From contig CBDIIB010000005.1 of assembly GCA_965279525.1 (NCBI GenBank), forward strand, positions 1,216,001 to 1,280,000: DNA of 64,000 nt, written 5' to 3'. The position numbers and the translations under genes are program-made. Shown one piece after another: positions 31,356-41,723 of the stretch. Origin of the DNA: Tagaea sp. GTDB taxonomy: Bacteria; Pseudomonadota; Alphaproteobacteria; CACIAM-22H2. The first letter of the stretch is position 1; every line of letters starts with the position of its first letter. The notes under the pieces were generated by a model. It saw only the letters and a program-made list of their open reading frames with translations, was not told the DNA's origin and made no database searches.

Positions 31356-32303
31356 TCACGCGGCGGGTGCCGGCGTTTCCGCCGCCGTCATTTTCAGGAT
31401 CGCGGCTTCGCCGTTGATCGCGCGCCCCCAGACCCAGCCCAGCACGCCCAGCCGGTTCTCGAGCTGCGTATAGAGCCGGAAATTCCCGCTGTCGGCCGCG
31501 AAGGGCGGCCGGTCGGCGAAGACCAGGAACAGTGCCACCGCCAGCAACGGCGCCATGTCGGCCAGCCGGCGCACGCGCCGGCGCCGGGCGCGCGCGAGCA
31601 CGAGGGCCGCGAGCGCGCCGAGGTTGGCGACGATCGCCAGCAGCGACAGCGCCATCGACATCGGCGGCAGGAACATCGCGGCGGTCGCGTTGCGCAGCGT
31701 GCCGTCGCCGGCGTCGCGTGCGCGGGCAAGTGCGGCCACGGCGCGCGGCTCGAGTGCCACGCCCTCCAGCCGCGCCATCTCGCCGCGCGCCAGCCAGTCG
31801 CGCATTACGAGGATCTCCGGCTTGTCGCCGGTCATCCGCGCGGCCAGATTGACGAGTGCGAGACGGTGCGAATCCTCGAGCCTGCCGTCGCCCGCCCTGA
31901 GATCGGCATTCTCGACGATGCCGGCGAACACCGCTTCGCGGTAGAGCGCCAGATGGAACGCCTCGTATTGCGTTTCGACCGGCACGCGGTCGAGGACCGT
32001 CTCGTAGACCACCGTCAGGCCGCCATAGGCGGCCGCCCACGCGACCCCGAACAGGGCGGCATGGCGCCAGCGCAGGCGACGTGCCCGCTGCAGGACCGGG
32101 CGGACCGCGAACAGGATCAGGCCGAACGACCCGGACAGCTTGCCCAGCGTCGTCAGCATGTCGAGCTTGTCGGGGTCGATCTCGGCGGCGGCGACGGTAT
32201 CGACCAGATGCAGGTTGAAAGCCGCCTCCGACACGACAAACGCCGCCAGCAGCAAGGCAAGCAGCGGCCACGCGAAATTCCGGTTGGCAGGGGAAGCATT
32301 CAT
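31356..32303 (-). CDS. Hypothetical multi-pass membrane protein
   Basis: 315-aa ORF with about 5 hydrophobic segments; convergent on parB. Confidence 0.75.
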   Translation of the reverse strand: MNASPANRNFAWPLLALLLAAFVVSEAAFNLHLVDTVAAAEIDPDKLDMLTTLGKLSGSFGLILFAVRPVLQRARRLRWRHAALFGVAWAAAYGGLTVVYETVLDRVPVETQYEAFHLALYREAVFAGIVENADLRAGDGRLEDSHRLALVNLAARMTGDKPEILVMRDWLARGEMARLEGVALEPRAVAALARARDAGDGTLRNATAAMFLPPMSMALSLLAIVANLGALAALVLARARRRRVRRLADMAPLLAVALFLVFADRPPFAADSGNFRLYTQLENRLGVLGWVWGRAINGEAAILKMTAAETPAPAA

Positions 32304-32415
32304 GACGGCGGGGGGGACCTGTCGGACGGCCGACTATCGAGTGCCAGAAGTTGCATCTCAAGGCGGCAGATGTAACAGGGTGCGACAGGCGGGATCAGTG
32401 ACAGGCATCACATCG

Positions 32416-32522
32416 CCCGGCAGTTCCTGCCGCGGAGGGCCGGTTTCTGCCGGGTATCGGTCTTGGTGATGTCTTTCAACCAATTGATATTATTATGTTT
32501 ACAGGTTGGCGCGGCGCTTGCG
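32416..32522 (+). promoter_or_regulatory. sigma54 promoter with IHF site and ftr-like enhancer
   Basis: CGGCAG-TTC-CTGCCG 32418-32432; IHF consensus WATCAANNNNTTR on - at 32477-32489; TTGGCGCGGCGCTTGC (GG-N10-GC) 32506-32521. Confidence 0.8.
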
Positions 32523-32565
32523 ATGCGAAGGCACAGAAGCATCGCAACACGTCCCGGAGCCGATC

Positions 32566-33198
32566 ATGTCGCAAGCCGCCACCGCAAACCTTCCGTCCCA
32601 CAAGGGCCTGTTCGATCTCGCTGGCCAGGCCGCCGGCGCACCGCCCTCGCAGACCCCGCATTTCGGCAGCAGCATGCGCATCGAGCCGCGCCTTGTTCCG
32701 GTGGTCGCGGCACCCTCTCCGGTACCGGCACCGCAGCCGGCCAAGCAACTGCCCGCAGCCCGTCCGCAGCTTGCCGTCGCGTCGACCAATCTCGTTCCGC
32801 GCGGGCCCGCCCCCGCCGGCGGTTCGGCGCAGGTCCAGCCCAAGCCGCAGGCCGGCCCCCGCCGCACGCCCGACGCGATGGAGCCGATGAGCCGCGGCCG
32901 TTTCCTGAAGACCATCGAGCACCTCGCCAAGACCGAAGAGGCCAAGGCCGTCGGCGAGATCGTCACGCGCGTGCGCGCGCGCGAAGTCGAGCAGGCGATC
33001 CAGCATGCCGCGCGTGCGCGCGCACGCTATCTTGCCAGCGTCGTCGATCTGGGTGCCAACCGCTCGCCGGTCGGCCGCGTGAACATCGACGAACTCTCCG
33101 GCCTGCGCCGGGCGCACGAGGAACTCTCCAAGGGCATCGACGCGCTGTCGGACGCGATCCGCGAAGGTCTCGTCGACGTGGTCGGCGTCGGCGAGTAG
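32566..33198 (+). CDS. Hypothetical protein (Pro/Ala-rich N-terminus, helical C-terminus)
   Basis: GGAG RBS before the ATG; good codon usage. Confidence 0.75.
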   Translation: MSQAATANLPSHKGLFDLAGQAAGAPPSQTPHFGSSMRIEPRLVPVVAAPSPVPAPQPAKQLPAARPQLAVASTNLVPRGPAPAGGSAQVQPKPQAGPRRTPDAMEPMSRGRFLKTIEHLAKTEEAKAVGEIVTRVRAREVEQAIQHAARARARYLASVVDLGANRSPVGRVNIDELSGLRRAHEELSKGIDALSDAIREGLVDVVGVGE

Positions 33199-33256
33199 GC
33201 AGCACCGCCGCCTCCGTCGTAGGATACGCCCGTCGCATTCGACCGATGGGTGGGGC

Positions 33257-33685
33257 TTGGACAACGCACGACCGGACGCCGCCGGAAACACGGCCATCGC
33301 CGCCGTGGTCGTCGACGACGATTCCTTCGCGCTCCGCTTCATGGAAAAAGCGCTCGGCCGGCTCGGCGTGACGCGCGTGCGCAGCTGCCTTTCGGCGCCA
33401 GAAGCGCTGCTTGCGGTCGCCGATGCGGGCGACACGCCCCTGCTCCTCGTTTGCGATCTAAACATGCCCGACATGGACGGGATCGAGTTCCTGCGCGCGA
33501 TCGCGCGCCACCGTTTCCGCGGCTCGGTCCTGATCCTTTCGGGTGCCGACGACACCGTGCGCGAGGCGGCGACCAAGCTTGCGACCGCCTACGGGCTCGA
33601 TCTTGTCGGCACGTTCGCCAAGCCGATGGCGCTCGACAGGCTCGCCGCGATCGTCGCGCGCGTGGCCGCGAAAAACGCGCCATGA
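33257..33685 (+). CDS. Single-domain response regulator (CheY-like)
   Basis: VVDDD, CDLNMPDMDGIEFLR, ILSG, AKP. Confidence 0.9.
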   Translation: MDNARPDAAGNTAIAAVVVDDDSFALRFMEKALGRLGVTRVRSCLSAPEALLAVADAGDTPLLLVCDLNMPDMDGIEFLRAIARHRFRGSVLILSGADDTVREAATKLATAYGLDLVGTFAKPMALDRLAAIVARVAAKNAP

Positions 33686-34584
33686 ACGGACCGGCTTTGA
33701 AAGGGATCGTCACGTCCCTCAACACGCCCTTCGCGTCCGACGGCAGCGTCGCGCTCGCGGGGCTTGCGCGCCATGTCGAGGTCGCGCTCGACGCGGGCGT
33801 GGTCGGGTTCCTGGTGCCCGCCCTTGCCGCCGAGGTGCAGAAGCTGGCACCCGACGAGCGCGACGCGATCGTGCGCACGGTCGTGGCCACGGCCGGCGGC
33901 CGCGCATCGGTGGTCGGCGGCGCTTCGGCACCCACGCAAGCCGAACGCTGCCGCCATGCCGGCCGGCTTGCGGAACTGGGCTGCGACATCGTGCTCGTGA
34001 ACATGCCGTTCGAATCGCAAGACCAGTACGTTTCCGACATCGCCGGCGTGGCACGTGCGGCCGGCACGCCGGTCATGATCCAGGACTGGGACGCAAGCGG
34101 GTCCGGCGCTCCGCTGCCGGCGATCCTCGCCGCGTTCGAGGCGGTCGACGCGTTCGGCTATCTGAAGATCGAGACGGCGAACGCCGGCCAGAAATACACG
34201 GCGCTGAAGCAGGCGACGGGTGGCAAGGCGCACGTGTCGGGCGGCTGGGCGGTCATGCAGCTCATCGAAGCGCTCGACCGCAACGTGGACGCCTTCATGC
34301 CCACAGCGTTCAACATCGTCTATGTCGCGATCCTGCGCAAATACGCGGCCGGCGACCGCGACGGCGCCATCGCCCTTTTCCGCCGGCTGCTGCCCGTGCT
34401 CGCCTTCTCGAACCAGAGCCTCGAGATATCGATCCTGTTCTTCAAGCGGCTGCTCTGGCGCCAGGGCATCTACCCCACGCCCGACCTGCGCGCGCCCGCG
34501 CCCGCGTTCGACGACTACCAGCTTCGTGTCGCCGACGAGCTGATCGCTCTCGTGATCGCGCTCGAAGCGGAACTTGCGGCCTAG
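33682..34584 (+). CDS. Dihydrodipicolinate synthase/N-acetylneuraminate lyase-family aldolase
   Basis: GIVTSLNTPF...DGSV, L..DER, YLKIET (Schiff-base Lys). Confidence 0.82.
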   Translation: MNGPALKGIVTSLNTPFASDGSVALAGLARHVEVALDAGVVGFLVPALAAEVQKLAPDERDAIVRTVVATAGGRASVVGGASAPTQAERCRHAGRLAELGCDIVLVNMPFESQDQYVSDIAGVARAAGTPVMIQDWDASGSGAPLPAILAAFEAVDAFGYLKIETANAGQKYTALKQATGGKAHVSGGWAVMQLIEALDRNVDAFMPTAFNIVYVAILRKYAAGDRDGAIALFRRLLPVLAFSNQSLEISILFFKRLLWRQGIYPTPDLRAPAPAFDDYQLRVADELIALVIALEAELAA

Positions 34585-34820
34585 CGCCGGTCGTCGAGCT
34601 TCGCCGTTTCCGGCAGCTTTTCCGATCCGACGACCGCTTCGCGTTCGAACCGGCAGCCCACCACGCCGTTGTCGAAGCCGCGCCTGGTCCGCCTTGCGAG
34701 GCCTTCCATCATCTCGACGCAGGTCTTCCGGTCCGGGTAGCAGGCGAACTTCATTTCGTCCGCCTTGTCCATCGCAAGGGCCATCATCGCCCATGCGCCA
34801 ACGGCACAAGATACGCTCAT
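34581..34820 (-). CDS. Small hypothetical protein (79 aa, 4 Cys)
   Basis: GGAG RBS; follows the SLT gene on the same strand. Confidence 0.55.
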   Translation of the reverse strand: MSVSCAVGAWAMMALAMDKADEMKFACYPDRKTCVEMMEGLARRTRRGFDNGVVGCRFEREAVVGSEKLPETAKLDDRR

Positions 34821-34870
34821 GATCGTCTCCCCCACTTCTTGGGCGGACAGACGTCGGCTCGGATAGCGGC

Positions 34871-35797
34871 CTAGATCCCGATATCCGGGTTGAACACCTT
34901 GCCCGCACCTGCGCGGCTTGACTTGCCGCCTTGATCGAACAGCGAATTGCCGCCGCGCACCGAGGCGACGAGCGGCTCGGCCAGCAACGCCATGGCCATG
35001 ATGGTTTCGGGCTTCAGCGAAGCGCCCTTGAGACCGAACTGTGCGGCGAGTGCCTGGAGCTGCGGGGGCAGCTCGGGCATGCCTTTGCGCGGACCCATCT
35101 GCGGGGCGGCCGGCAGGTCGTCGAGCGTGGCGGCGTCGACCGTGGCGATCTCGCCCGTCATTTTCTTCGCGAAGAAATCGTAGACCTGTCCGAGCGTGCG
35201 GGCACGGCCCGACTGCGGATCGTAGAACACGCCGCGGTTGGCGGCCGCCGCTTCCGGGAACTGGGTCGCCGCGATGCGCTGGGGATCGTTGCGGTGGCTC
35301 GCGAGGAAGCGCGTGGCACCGCCCGCACCCAGGAAATGCGCGAGGTAGAGATCGGTCGAGCTGACGCCCGTGCCCAGCGCGTTTTCGAGCTGGGCATGGT
35401 TCGACTTGGCGAACTCGGCGGCCATCACGCTGGCGGTCTTCGGGTCGTACCGCAGGTCGAGGATGCTGCGCCGTGTCGCGGGATCGCGCACGCGCGGATT
35501 GCCGGCGAAATCGTCCTCGATCTGGGAAGCGGCGTCGGCCAGCCCGTGCTTGGCGCCGTGCTGGCGCACGGTGTTGAGCCAGGTGCTCTCGATGAACTGG
35601 TAGAGGCCCGAAGCCGACGAGGTGCGCGCCTTGGCGCGCGGATCGAAGCTCGATTCGGTCTGGGCCTTGGCGAGCATGTACTTGAAGTCGACGCCGCTGC
35701 GCTGGCTCGCGTCGCGGATGGCGTCGACCACCTCGCGCGAGGCACCGCGCGGCACGGCATCGATCTGTCCGGCTGTTCGAAACGGCCCAATGCTCAT
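34871..35797 (-). CDS. Lytic transglycosylase (SLT domain), possibly flagellum-associated
   Basis: AQTESSFDPRAKARTSSASGLYQFIESTW, LYLAHFLGAGGA. Confidence 0.88.
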   Translation of the reverse strand: MSIGPFRTAGQIDAVPRGASREVVDAIRDASQRSGVDFKYMLAKAQTESSFDPRAKARTSSASGLYQFIESTWLNTVRQHGAKHGLADAASQIEDDFAGNPRVRDPATRRSILDLRYDPKTASVMAAEFAKSNHAQLENALGTGVSSTDLYLAHFLGAGGATRFLASHRNDPQRIAATQFPEAAAANRGVFYDPQSGRARTLGQVYDFFAKKMTGEIATVDAATLDDLPAAPQMGPRKGMPELPPQLQALAAQFGLKGASLKPETIMAMALLAEPLVASVRGGNSLFDQGGKSSRAGAGKVFNPDIGI

Positions 35798-35854
35798 GAT
35801 TCGATGAGCTTAGCGGCCAAAAGGTAAAGATTTCGCTAAATTTGCCGGGAATTC

Positions 35855-36886
35855 CTAACGCCGGGCCGCCTGGGCGGCCATCTGGGCGAGCGCCATCAGG
35901 CAGCGCTGGGCGACCAGCTCGGCGGGCATGCCGGACGACTTGCACTGGATCTCGGCCTCCAGCAGGCGTTCCAATGCCGCGGTCAGGCGCGGCAGCGGCC
36001 AGCGCGCGAGCTGGGTCTTGAACGGCGCCTTCTCCTTCCAGAAGACCGGCGGGCGCAGCCGGCCCATCGCGGCGTCGGCATCAAGGCCACGCGCCATCTC
36101 GCCCTGCGCCATCTGCAGGCGCTGGAAATGGCGCGCGATGGCGCGCAACACCATGATCGGACTGTCGCCTTCGCTGGCGAGCCGCCCGAACGCGCGGTCG
36201 AGCGATTTCATGTCGCCGCCGGCCGTGGCGCGCGTGAGGTCATCGAGATCGATGTCGGCCGAATCGCCGATGATCGCCACGCAGTCGTCCACGGATGCGC
36301 GCTTGCCGCTGCCGACATAGAGCGACAGCTTCTCGATCTCGCTGCGCGTGATGGCGCGGTCGCCGCCAAGGCGCATCGCCAGCCAGTCGAGCGCGTCGGG
36401 TTCGGCCGAAATGCCGCACGCGGCAAGGCTGTCGGAAATCGTGCGCGAAAGATCGGCGCCTTCGTCGCGATAGCAGGCGATGGATGCCGCGTTGTCGGCC
36501 GCCTCGCACAGCTTGCGAAGGGCCGATTTGCTTTCAAGCTCGCCCGCCTCGATCACGACGAGCCCGTCGCCCTTGGGGTCTTCGAGCAGGTTCTTGACCG
36601 CGGCCAGCGATTCGTTGCCGGCCCCGCGCACGCGCACAAGGCGCCGTCCGCCCAGCATCGGGATGGCGGCCGCCTCGTCGGACAGGCGGGCGGGATCGTC
36701 CTTCAGCGTGTCGGGCGAAAGCTCGGCCACGGCGAACGGATCGGCCAGATCGGGCACGGCGGTGCGCGCGATCGCCTCGGCGCGCTCGCGCACGAGGCCC
36801 GCGTCGGGGCCGAAAAGCAGCACCACGCGGGCGGCCGGGTCCGGTCGCTTGACGAATCCGGCGATGGCGCGGGCGTCGATCTTCAT
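35855..36886 (-). CDS. holA: DNA polymerase III delta subunit
   Basis: LLFGPDAGLVRE, RLSDEA, SEIEKLSLY, RPPVFWK. Confidence 0.93.
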   Translation of the reverse strand: MKIDARAIAGFVKRPDPAARVVLLFGPDAGLVRERAEAIARTAVPDLADPFAVAELSPDTLKDDPARLSDEAAAIPMLGGRRLVRVRGAGNESLAAVKNLLEDPKGDGLVVIEAGELESKSALRKLCEAADNAASIACYRDEGADLSRTISDSLAACGISAEPDALDWLAMRLGGDRAITRSEIEKLSLYVGSGKRASVDDCVAIIGDSADIDLDDLTRATAGGDMKSLDRAFGRLASEGDSPIMVLRAIARHFQRLQMAQGEMARGLDADAAMGRLRPPVFWKEKAPFKTQLARWPLPRLTAALERLLEAEIQCKSSGMPAELVAQRCLMALAQMAAQAARR

Positions 36887-36922
36887 GGCGCGGATGATAG
36901 CAGTTTGCTAAGCGTGCGCGCG

Positions 36923-38530
36923 ATGGAACAGAAGATCGACGAAGCGCTTGCCAAGGCAAGGCGCCTGCATGCATCCCGCGACCTCGACGGGGCGCTGGGG
37001 GCCTATGCCGCCATTCTTGCCGCCGACCCGCTCCAGCTCGACGCACTCGACGGGTTGATTTCGATCCTCGAGATGGCGCGCACGCCCGCCTTCCATCCGC
37101 GTCTCGCGGGCCTGATCGAATCGGCACTCGCGACACCCGGTGCCAACACCGACGCGCTGTCGCAGTCCGCCACGGCCCAACTCGTGCGCAAATACCGGAT
37201 GGGCGACCCGCAGCAGGTCCCCGCCCGCGACGTGCTGCTCGCCATGGCGCGCGACGGGCTGATGCTGGCGACCCTCGTGTGCTGCATCGTGCGCGATCCG
37301 GTCTTCGAGGCGTTCATGTGCCGCGTCCGCCGGGCACTCTGCACGCCCGACATGCCGGTGGCGGCGATGCCGCTCGTCCTCGCACTCGCGATCCAGGCCG
37401 ACAACAACGAGTTCATCTGGCCGCAGGACGAGGACGACGCGACGGATCTGGCGGCGCTGGGCAGCGACGCGTTCGCCATTGCGCGACGTGCCATGTACGC
37501 GACACCGGATGCCGCGGCCGGCAATTTCCCCGAGCTTGCCGGGCTTGTCGCCACGACGCTGACCGCACCCCAGAACGTGCGCAACGCGCAGTCGCGCATT
37601 CCCACGCTGATGCCCATCGCCGATGGCACCAGCCTTGCCGTGCGCTCGATGTACGAGGCGAATCCCTATCCGCGCTGGCTGAACCTGCGGCGCATCGTGC
37701 CGTTCGACATCCGTGCCGAGCTTTCGCGCCGCTTCGCCTTCGCGGGTCCCTTCCCCGTCTTCACGAGCCCGCTGCGCGTGCTGATGCCGGGTGCCGGAAC
37801 GGGCCAGCATCCGCTGACGGTCGCGGCCAACTATGCCGACGTGCAGGTCGAGGCGGTGGATCTCTCGCTCGCCTCGCTCGCCTACGGCCTCGTCAAGGCC
37901 GAGACGATCGGCGTGCCCAACATCCATTTCTCGCAAGGCGACATCCTCGACCTGCCGAAGCTGGGCGCAAGCTGGGGCCATGTCGAATCGATCGGCGTGC
38001 TGCACCACATGGCAAGCCCGCGCGCCGGTCTCGAAGCGCTCGTCGCGGTCACCGTCCCCGGCAGCTTCATGCGCCTGGGCCTCTATGGCGAGCATGGCCG
38101 TGCGGCCGTCGTCGAGGCGCGCGCCGCCATCGCCGCGCGCGGTTACGGGTCCGATCTGGCGGGCTTGCGCGCATTCCGTGCCGACGTGCTGTCCGGCGCA
38201 CTCGGCAAGCGGTTGCAGGCCGAGCTGCCGCTCTGGCCGGATTTCCACAGTGCGAGCCTGCTGCGCGACCTGTGCTTCCACGTGATGGAGCACCGCTTCG
38301 ACATCGCCGGCATCCGCCGGCTGCTCGACGGTCTGCCGGTGCGCTTCCTCGGCTTCGATTTCGGCTTCGGCCAGGCGGCCGCGCGCTCCGACGACGTGCC
38401 CGCGACGCGCGCCTACGCCAAGCGGTTCCGCAAGGAAACGACGTTCGCCGATCTCGCGAACTGGGAAGCGGTCGAGAAGGCCGATCCGTCGCTGTTCGGC
38501 GGCTACCAGTTCTGGCTCGTGCGGACCTGA
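36923..38530 (+). CDS. TPR-like N-terminus plus class I SAM-dependent methyltransferase
   Basis: VRSMYEANPYPRW, PGAGTGQ, VDLSLASLAY, GVLHHM, RDLCFHVMEH, YQFW. Confidence 0.85.
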   Translation: MEQKIDEALAKARRLHASRDLDGALGAYAAILAADPLQLDALDGLISILEMARTPAFHPRLAGLIESALATPGANTDALSQSATAQLVRKYRMGDPQQVPARDVLLAMARDGLMLATLVCCIVRDPVFEAFMCRVRRALCTPDMPVAAMPLVLALAIQADNNEFIWPQDEDDATDLAALGSDAFAIARRAMYATPDAAAGNFPELAGLVATTLTAPQNVRNAQSRIPTLMPIADGTSLAVRSMYEANPYPRWLNLRRIVPFDIRAELSRRFAFAGPFPVFTSPLRVLMPGAGTGQHPLTVAANYADVQVEAVDLSLASLAYGLVKAETIGVPNIHFSQGDILDLPKLGASWGHVESIGVLHHMASPRAGLEALVAVTVPGSFMRLGLYGEHGRAAVVEARAAIAARGYGSDLAGLRAFRADVLSGALGKRLQAELPLWPDFHSASLLRDLCFHVMEHRFDIAGIRRLLDGLPVRFLGFDFGFGQAAARSDDVPATRAYAKRFRKETTFADLANWEAVEKADPSLFGGYQFWLVRT

Positions 38531-38531
38531 G

Positions 38532-41090
38532 CTAGACGACGATATTCACGATCTTGTTTGGCACGACGACGATCTTGCGGGCGGGCTTGCCGGCCATCGC
38601 GGTCTGGACGTTGGGGACCGCGAGGGCGGCGTCCTTCGCCACCTGCTCGGCCGCGTCACGCGGAACCGCGATCGTGCCGCGCAGCTTGCCGTTGACCTGA
38701 ACGGCCAGCGTCACGCTTTCGTCGACCAGCAGGGCGGCATCCGCCTTGGGCCAGCTTTCGTTGCACAGCATCGTCGAATGGCCGAGCTCGGCCCACATCG
38801 CCTCGGCGACATGCGGGATCATCGGGCCGACGAGCCGGACCAGCGTCTCGTAGGCTTCGCGCCGGACCCAGCCGGCGCCCTCGGCTTTCGGATCGAGTTC
38901 GCCCAGCGTGTTGGCGAGCGTGCGGATCTGCGCCACCGCCACGTTGAAGCGGAAGCCTTCGAGATTTTCGGTGACCGACGCGACCGTCTTGTGGACCGCG
39001 CGAAGTGCCGCTTCGGCCGCCGGTGCGAGCGCGTTCGGCTTCGCGGCCCCCTTCGCGGCGAACGGGATTTCCGGCTCCGTCACGTCGCGCCACAGGCGCT
39101 GGATGAAGCGGAAGGCGCCGTCCACGCCCGCTTCGCTCCATTCGAGATCGCGCTCGGGCGGGCTGTCGGACAGCATGAAAAGGCGCGCGGTATCCGCACC
39201 GTATTCGTCGATGATGCGCGCGGGTGCGACGACGTTCTTCTTCGATTTCGACATGACCTCGCGCCGGCCGACCGTGACGGGCGCACCCGTCGCGGTCTCG
39301 ATCACGCTGCCGTCTTGCTTGCGCTCGATCTCCTCGGGATAGAGCCACTTGCCCGCCTGGGACTTGTAGCTCTCGTGGCAGACCATGCCTTGCGTGAACA
39401 GGCCCGCGAACGGCTCGTCGAGGTTGGCGTGCCCCGTCTTCTTCATCGCGCGCGTGAAGAAGCGCGAATAGAGCAGATGCAGGATCGCGTGCTCGACGCC
39501 GCCGACGTATTGATCGACCGGCATCCAGTAATCGCCCGCCGTGCGCGTTACCGGCTCGGTGGCGCGCGGGCTGCAGAAGCGCGCGAAATACCACGACGAG
39601 TCGACGAACGTGTCGCACGTGTCGGTCTCGCGGCGCGCCGGCTTGCCGCATTTGGGGCAGCCGACATGCTTCCACGTCGGATGATGGTCGAGCGGATTGC
39701 CCGGCTTCTCGAAGCTGACGTCGTCGGGCAGTTTCACGGGCAGGTCGGCCGGCTTCACCGGGACCACGCCGCACGAATCGCAATGCACGATCGGGATCGG
39801 GCAGCCCCAGTAGCGCTGGCGGCTGATCAGCCAGTCGCGCAGGCGCCAGATCGTCGTCGGCTCGCCGTTGCCGTCGGCTTTCAGCTTCGCACCGACCGAC
39901 GCCTTCGCCGCTTCGACATCGAGCCCGTCGAGAAAGCCCGAATTGACGATCTTTCCGGGGCCGACATAGGGCTCGGCCCCCACCTTGAAGGTCGCATCGC
40001 CGTCCGGCGACACGACGGTGCGGATCGAAAGCCCGTATTTGGTGGCGAAATCGAAGTCGCGCTGGTCGTGCGCCGGGCAGCCGAAGATGGCCCCGGTGCC
40101 ATAGTCGATCAGCACGAAGTTGGCGACCCACACCGGAAGCTCCACGCCTTCAAGGAAGGGGTGCTTGGCCTTGAGGCCTGTGTCGAAGCCCTTCTTCTCG
40201 AGCTGCTCGATGACCGCGGCCGACGTGCCCGCGTGCTGGCATTCGGCGACGAATGCGGCCAGCGCCGGGTTCGTGGCGGCCATTTCGGCCGTCAGCTTGT
40301 GGTCGGGCGAAAGGGCGAGGAACGAGGCGCCGAACAGCGTGTCGGGGCGCGTCGTGAAGACCTCGACGCGCTCGGCGCGGCCCTTCAGCGCGAAGCGCAC
40401 ATAAGCGCCCGACGATTTGCCGATCCAATGGTCCTGCATCAGCCGGACCTTCTCCGGCCAGCGGTCGAGCGTGCCCAGGGCCGCGAGCAGCTCGTCGGCA
40501 TAGTCGGTGATCTTGAAGAACCATTGCGACAGCTTCTTCTTCTCGACCGCCGCGCCCGAGCGCCAGCCCTTGCCGTCGATCACCTGCTCGTTGGCGAGCA
40601 CGGTCTGGTCGACCGGGTCCCAGTTGACGAAGGCTTCCTTGCGGTGGACGAGACCGGCATCGAAGAAATCGAGGAACAGCTTCTGCTGGGCGGCGTAGTA
40701 GCCCGGATGGCAGGTCGCCAGCTCCTTCGACCAGTCGATCGACAGGCCCATGCGCTTGAGTTCGCCGCGCATCGTGGCGATGTTGTCGTAGGTCCACTTG
40801 GCCGGATGGATCTTCATGTCGCGCGCGGCGTTTTCCGCCGGCAGCCCGAACGCGTCCCAGCCCATCGGATGCAGCACGTTGTAGCCCAGCGCCCGGCGAT
40901 GGCGCGCGACCACGTCGCCCAGCGTGTAGTTGCGCACATGGCCCATGTGGATGCGCCCCGACGGATAGGGAAACATCTCGAGCACGTAATATTTGGGGCG
41001 CGATGGATCGACATGCGCTTCGAACGCGCGTGCGTCTTCCCAGCGCTTCTGCCAGGTCGTTTCGGTTTCGCGGAAATTATAGCGGGCCAT
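38532..41090 (-). CDS. leuS: Leucine--tRNA ligase
   Basis: [35 protein letters not shown]. Confidence 0.98.
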   Translation of the reverse strand: MARYNFRETETTWQKRWEDARAFEAHVDPSRPKYYVLEMFPYPSGRIHMGHVRNYTLGDVVARHRRALGYNVLHPMGWDAFGLPAENAARDMKIHPAKWTYDNIATMRGELKRMGLSIDWSKELATCHPGYYAAQQKLFLDFFDAGLVHRKEAFVNWDPVDQTVLANEQVIDGKGWRSGAAVEKKKLSQWFFKITDYADELLAALGTLDRWPEKVRLMQDHWIGKSSGAYVRFALKGRAERVEVFTTRPDTLFGASFLALSPDHKLTAEMAATNPALAAFVAECQHAGTSAAVIEQLEKKGFDTGLKAKHPFLEGVELPVWVANFVLIDYGTGAIFGCPAHDQRDFDFATKYGLSIRTVVSPDGDATFKVGAEPYVGPGKIVNSGFLDGLDVEAAKASVGAKLKADGNGEPTTIWRLRDWLISRQRYWGCPIPIVHCDSCGVVPVKPADLPVKLPDDVSFEKPGNPLDHHPTWKHVGCPKCGKPARRETDTCDTFVDSSWYFARFCSPRATEPVTRTAGDYWMPVDQYVGGVEHAILHLLYSRFFTRAMKKTGHANLDEPFAGLFTQGMVCHESYKSQAGKWLYPEEIERKQDGSVIETATGAPVTVGRREVMSKSKKNVVAPARIIDEYGADTARLFMLSDSPPERDLEWSEAGVDGAFRFIQRLWRDVTEPEIPFAAKGAAKPNALAPAAEAALRAVHKTVASVTENLEGFRFNVAVAQIRTLANTLGELDPKAEGAGWVRREAYETLVRLVGPMIPHVAEAMWAELGHSTMLCNESWPKADAALLVDESVTLAVQVNGKLRGTIAVPRDAAEQVAKDAALAVPNVQTAMAGKPARKIVVVPNKIVNIVV

Positions 41091-41186
41091 GTTCGTCGAC
41101 GGACCTTCTCGAAAGGGCCGCCATGAATAGGCGAAGCGAAAGAGTCTGTGAAGGGCGCTTTCGCGCCGCCCTACTTGCTCGCGGCC

Positions 41187-41723
41187 CTACTTGCTTGCCG
41201 ATTGCCGGATCTGGCGGGCGCGCGTCAGGATCGCGTTCTCGACATCGGTGGACGTGCGCGCCTCGACGGCCGCATCGGCCCAGTTGCCGGTCGCGTCGCG
41301 GCGCTGGCGGAACACGGCGGCCTTGATGCCGTCGGCGCGCAGTTCCCGGCCGAGGATGTAGATATTCATCTTGAAGCGTTCGTTCGGCGTCTCGGCCGGG
41401 GCGAACCAGTCGGTGATGATCACGCCCCCGAACGGGTCGGCCGAGGTGACCGGCATGAAGTTGATCGTGTCGAGCGACGCGCGCCACAGCAGCGCGTTGA
41501 CGCCGATGCCGCCCCCGCCGCCTTCTTCCTTCTTGGAGCCGAAAAGGCCCATCAGGCCTTCTTCGCCGAACACGCCGGCCTTCGCCACCTGGTCGCGCGG
41601 CGCATACTGGCGGTCGGTCCCGGGCACGTTTACAGGATAGTTATCCTCAACCTTGAGGCTGCCGCAGGCCGAAAGCGCGACCAGCGCGGTGCCGATGAAA
41701 AGGGCGAGAACGGGATTTCGCAT
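41187..41723 (-). CDS. DUF3576 lipoprotein
   Basis: LSAC lipobox; VNALLWRASLDT, DPFGGVIITDW, ENAILTRARQ; upstream of leuS. Confidence 0.85.
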   Translation of the reverse strand: MRNPVLALFIGTALVALSACGSLKVEDNYPVNVPGTDRQYAPRDQVAKAGVFGEEGLMGLFGSKKEEGGGGGIGVNALLWRASLDTINFMPVTSADPFGGVIITDWFAPAETPNERFKMNIYILGRELRADGIKAAVFRQRRDATGNWADAAVEARTSTDVENAILTRARQIRQSASK

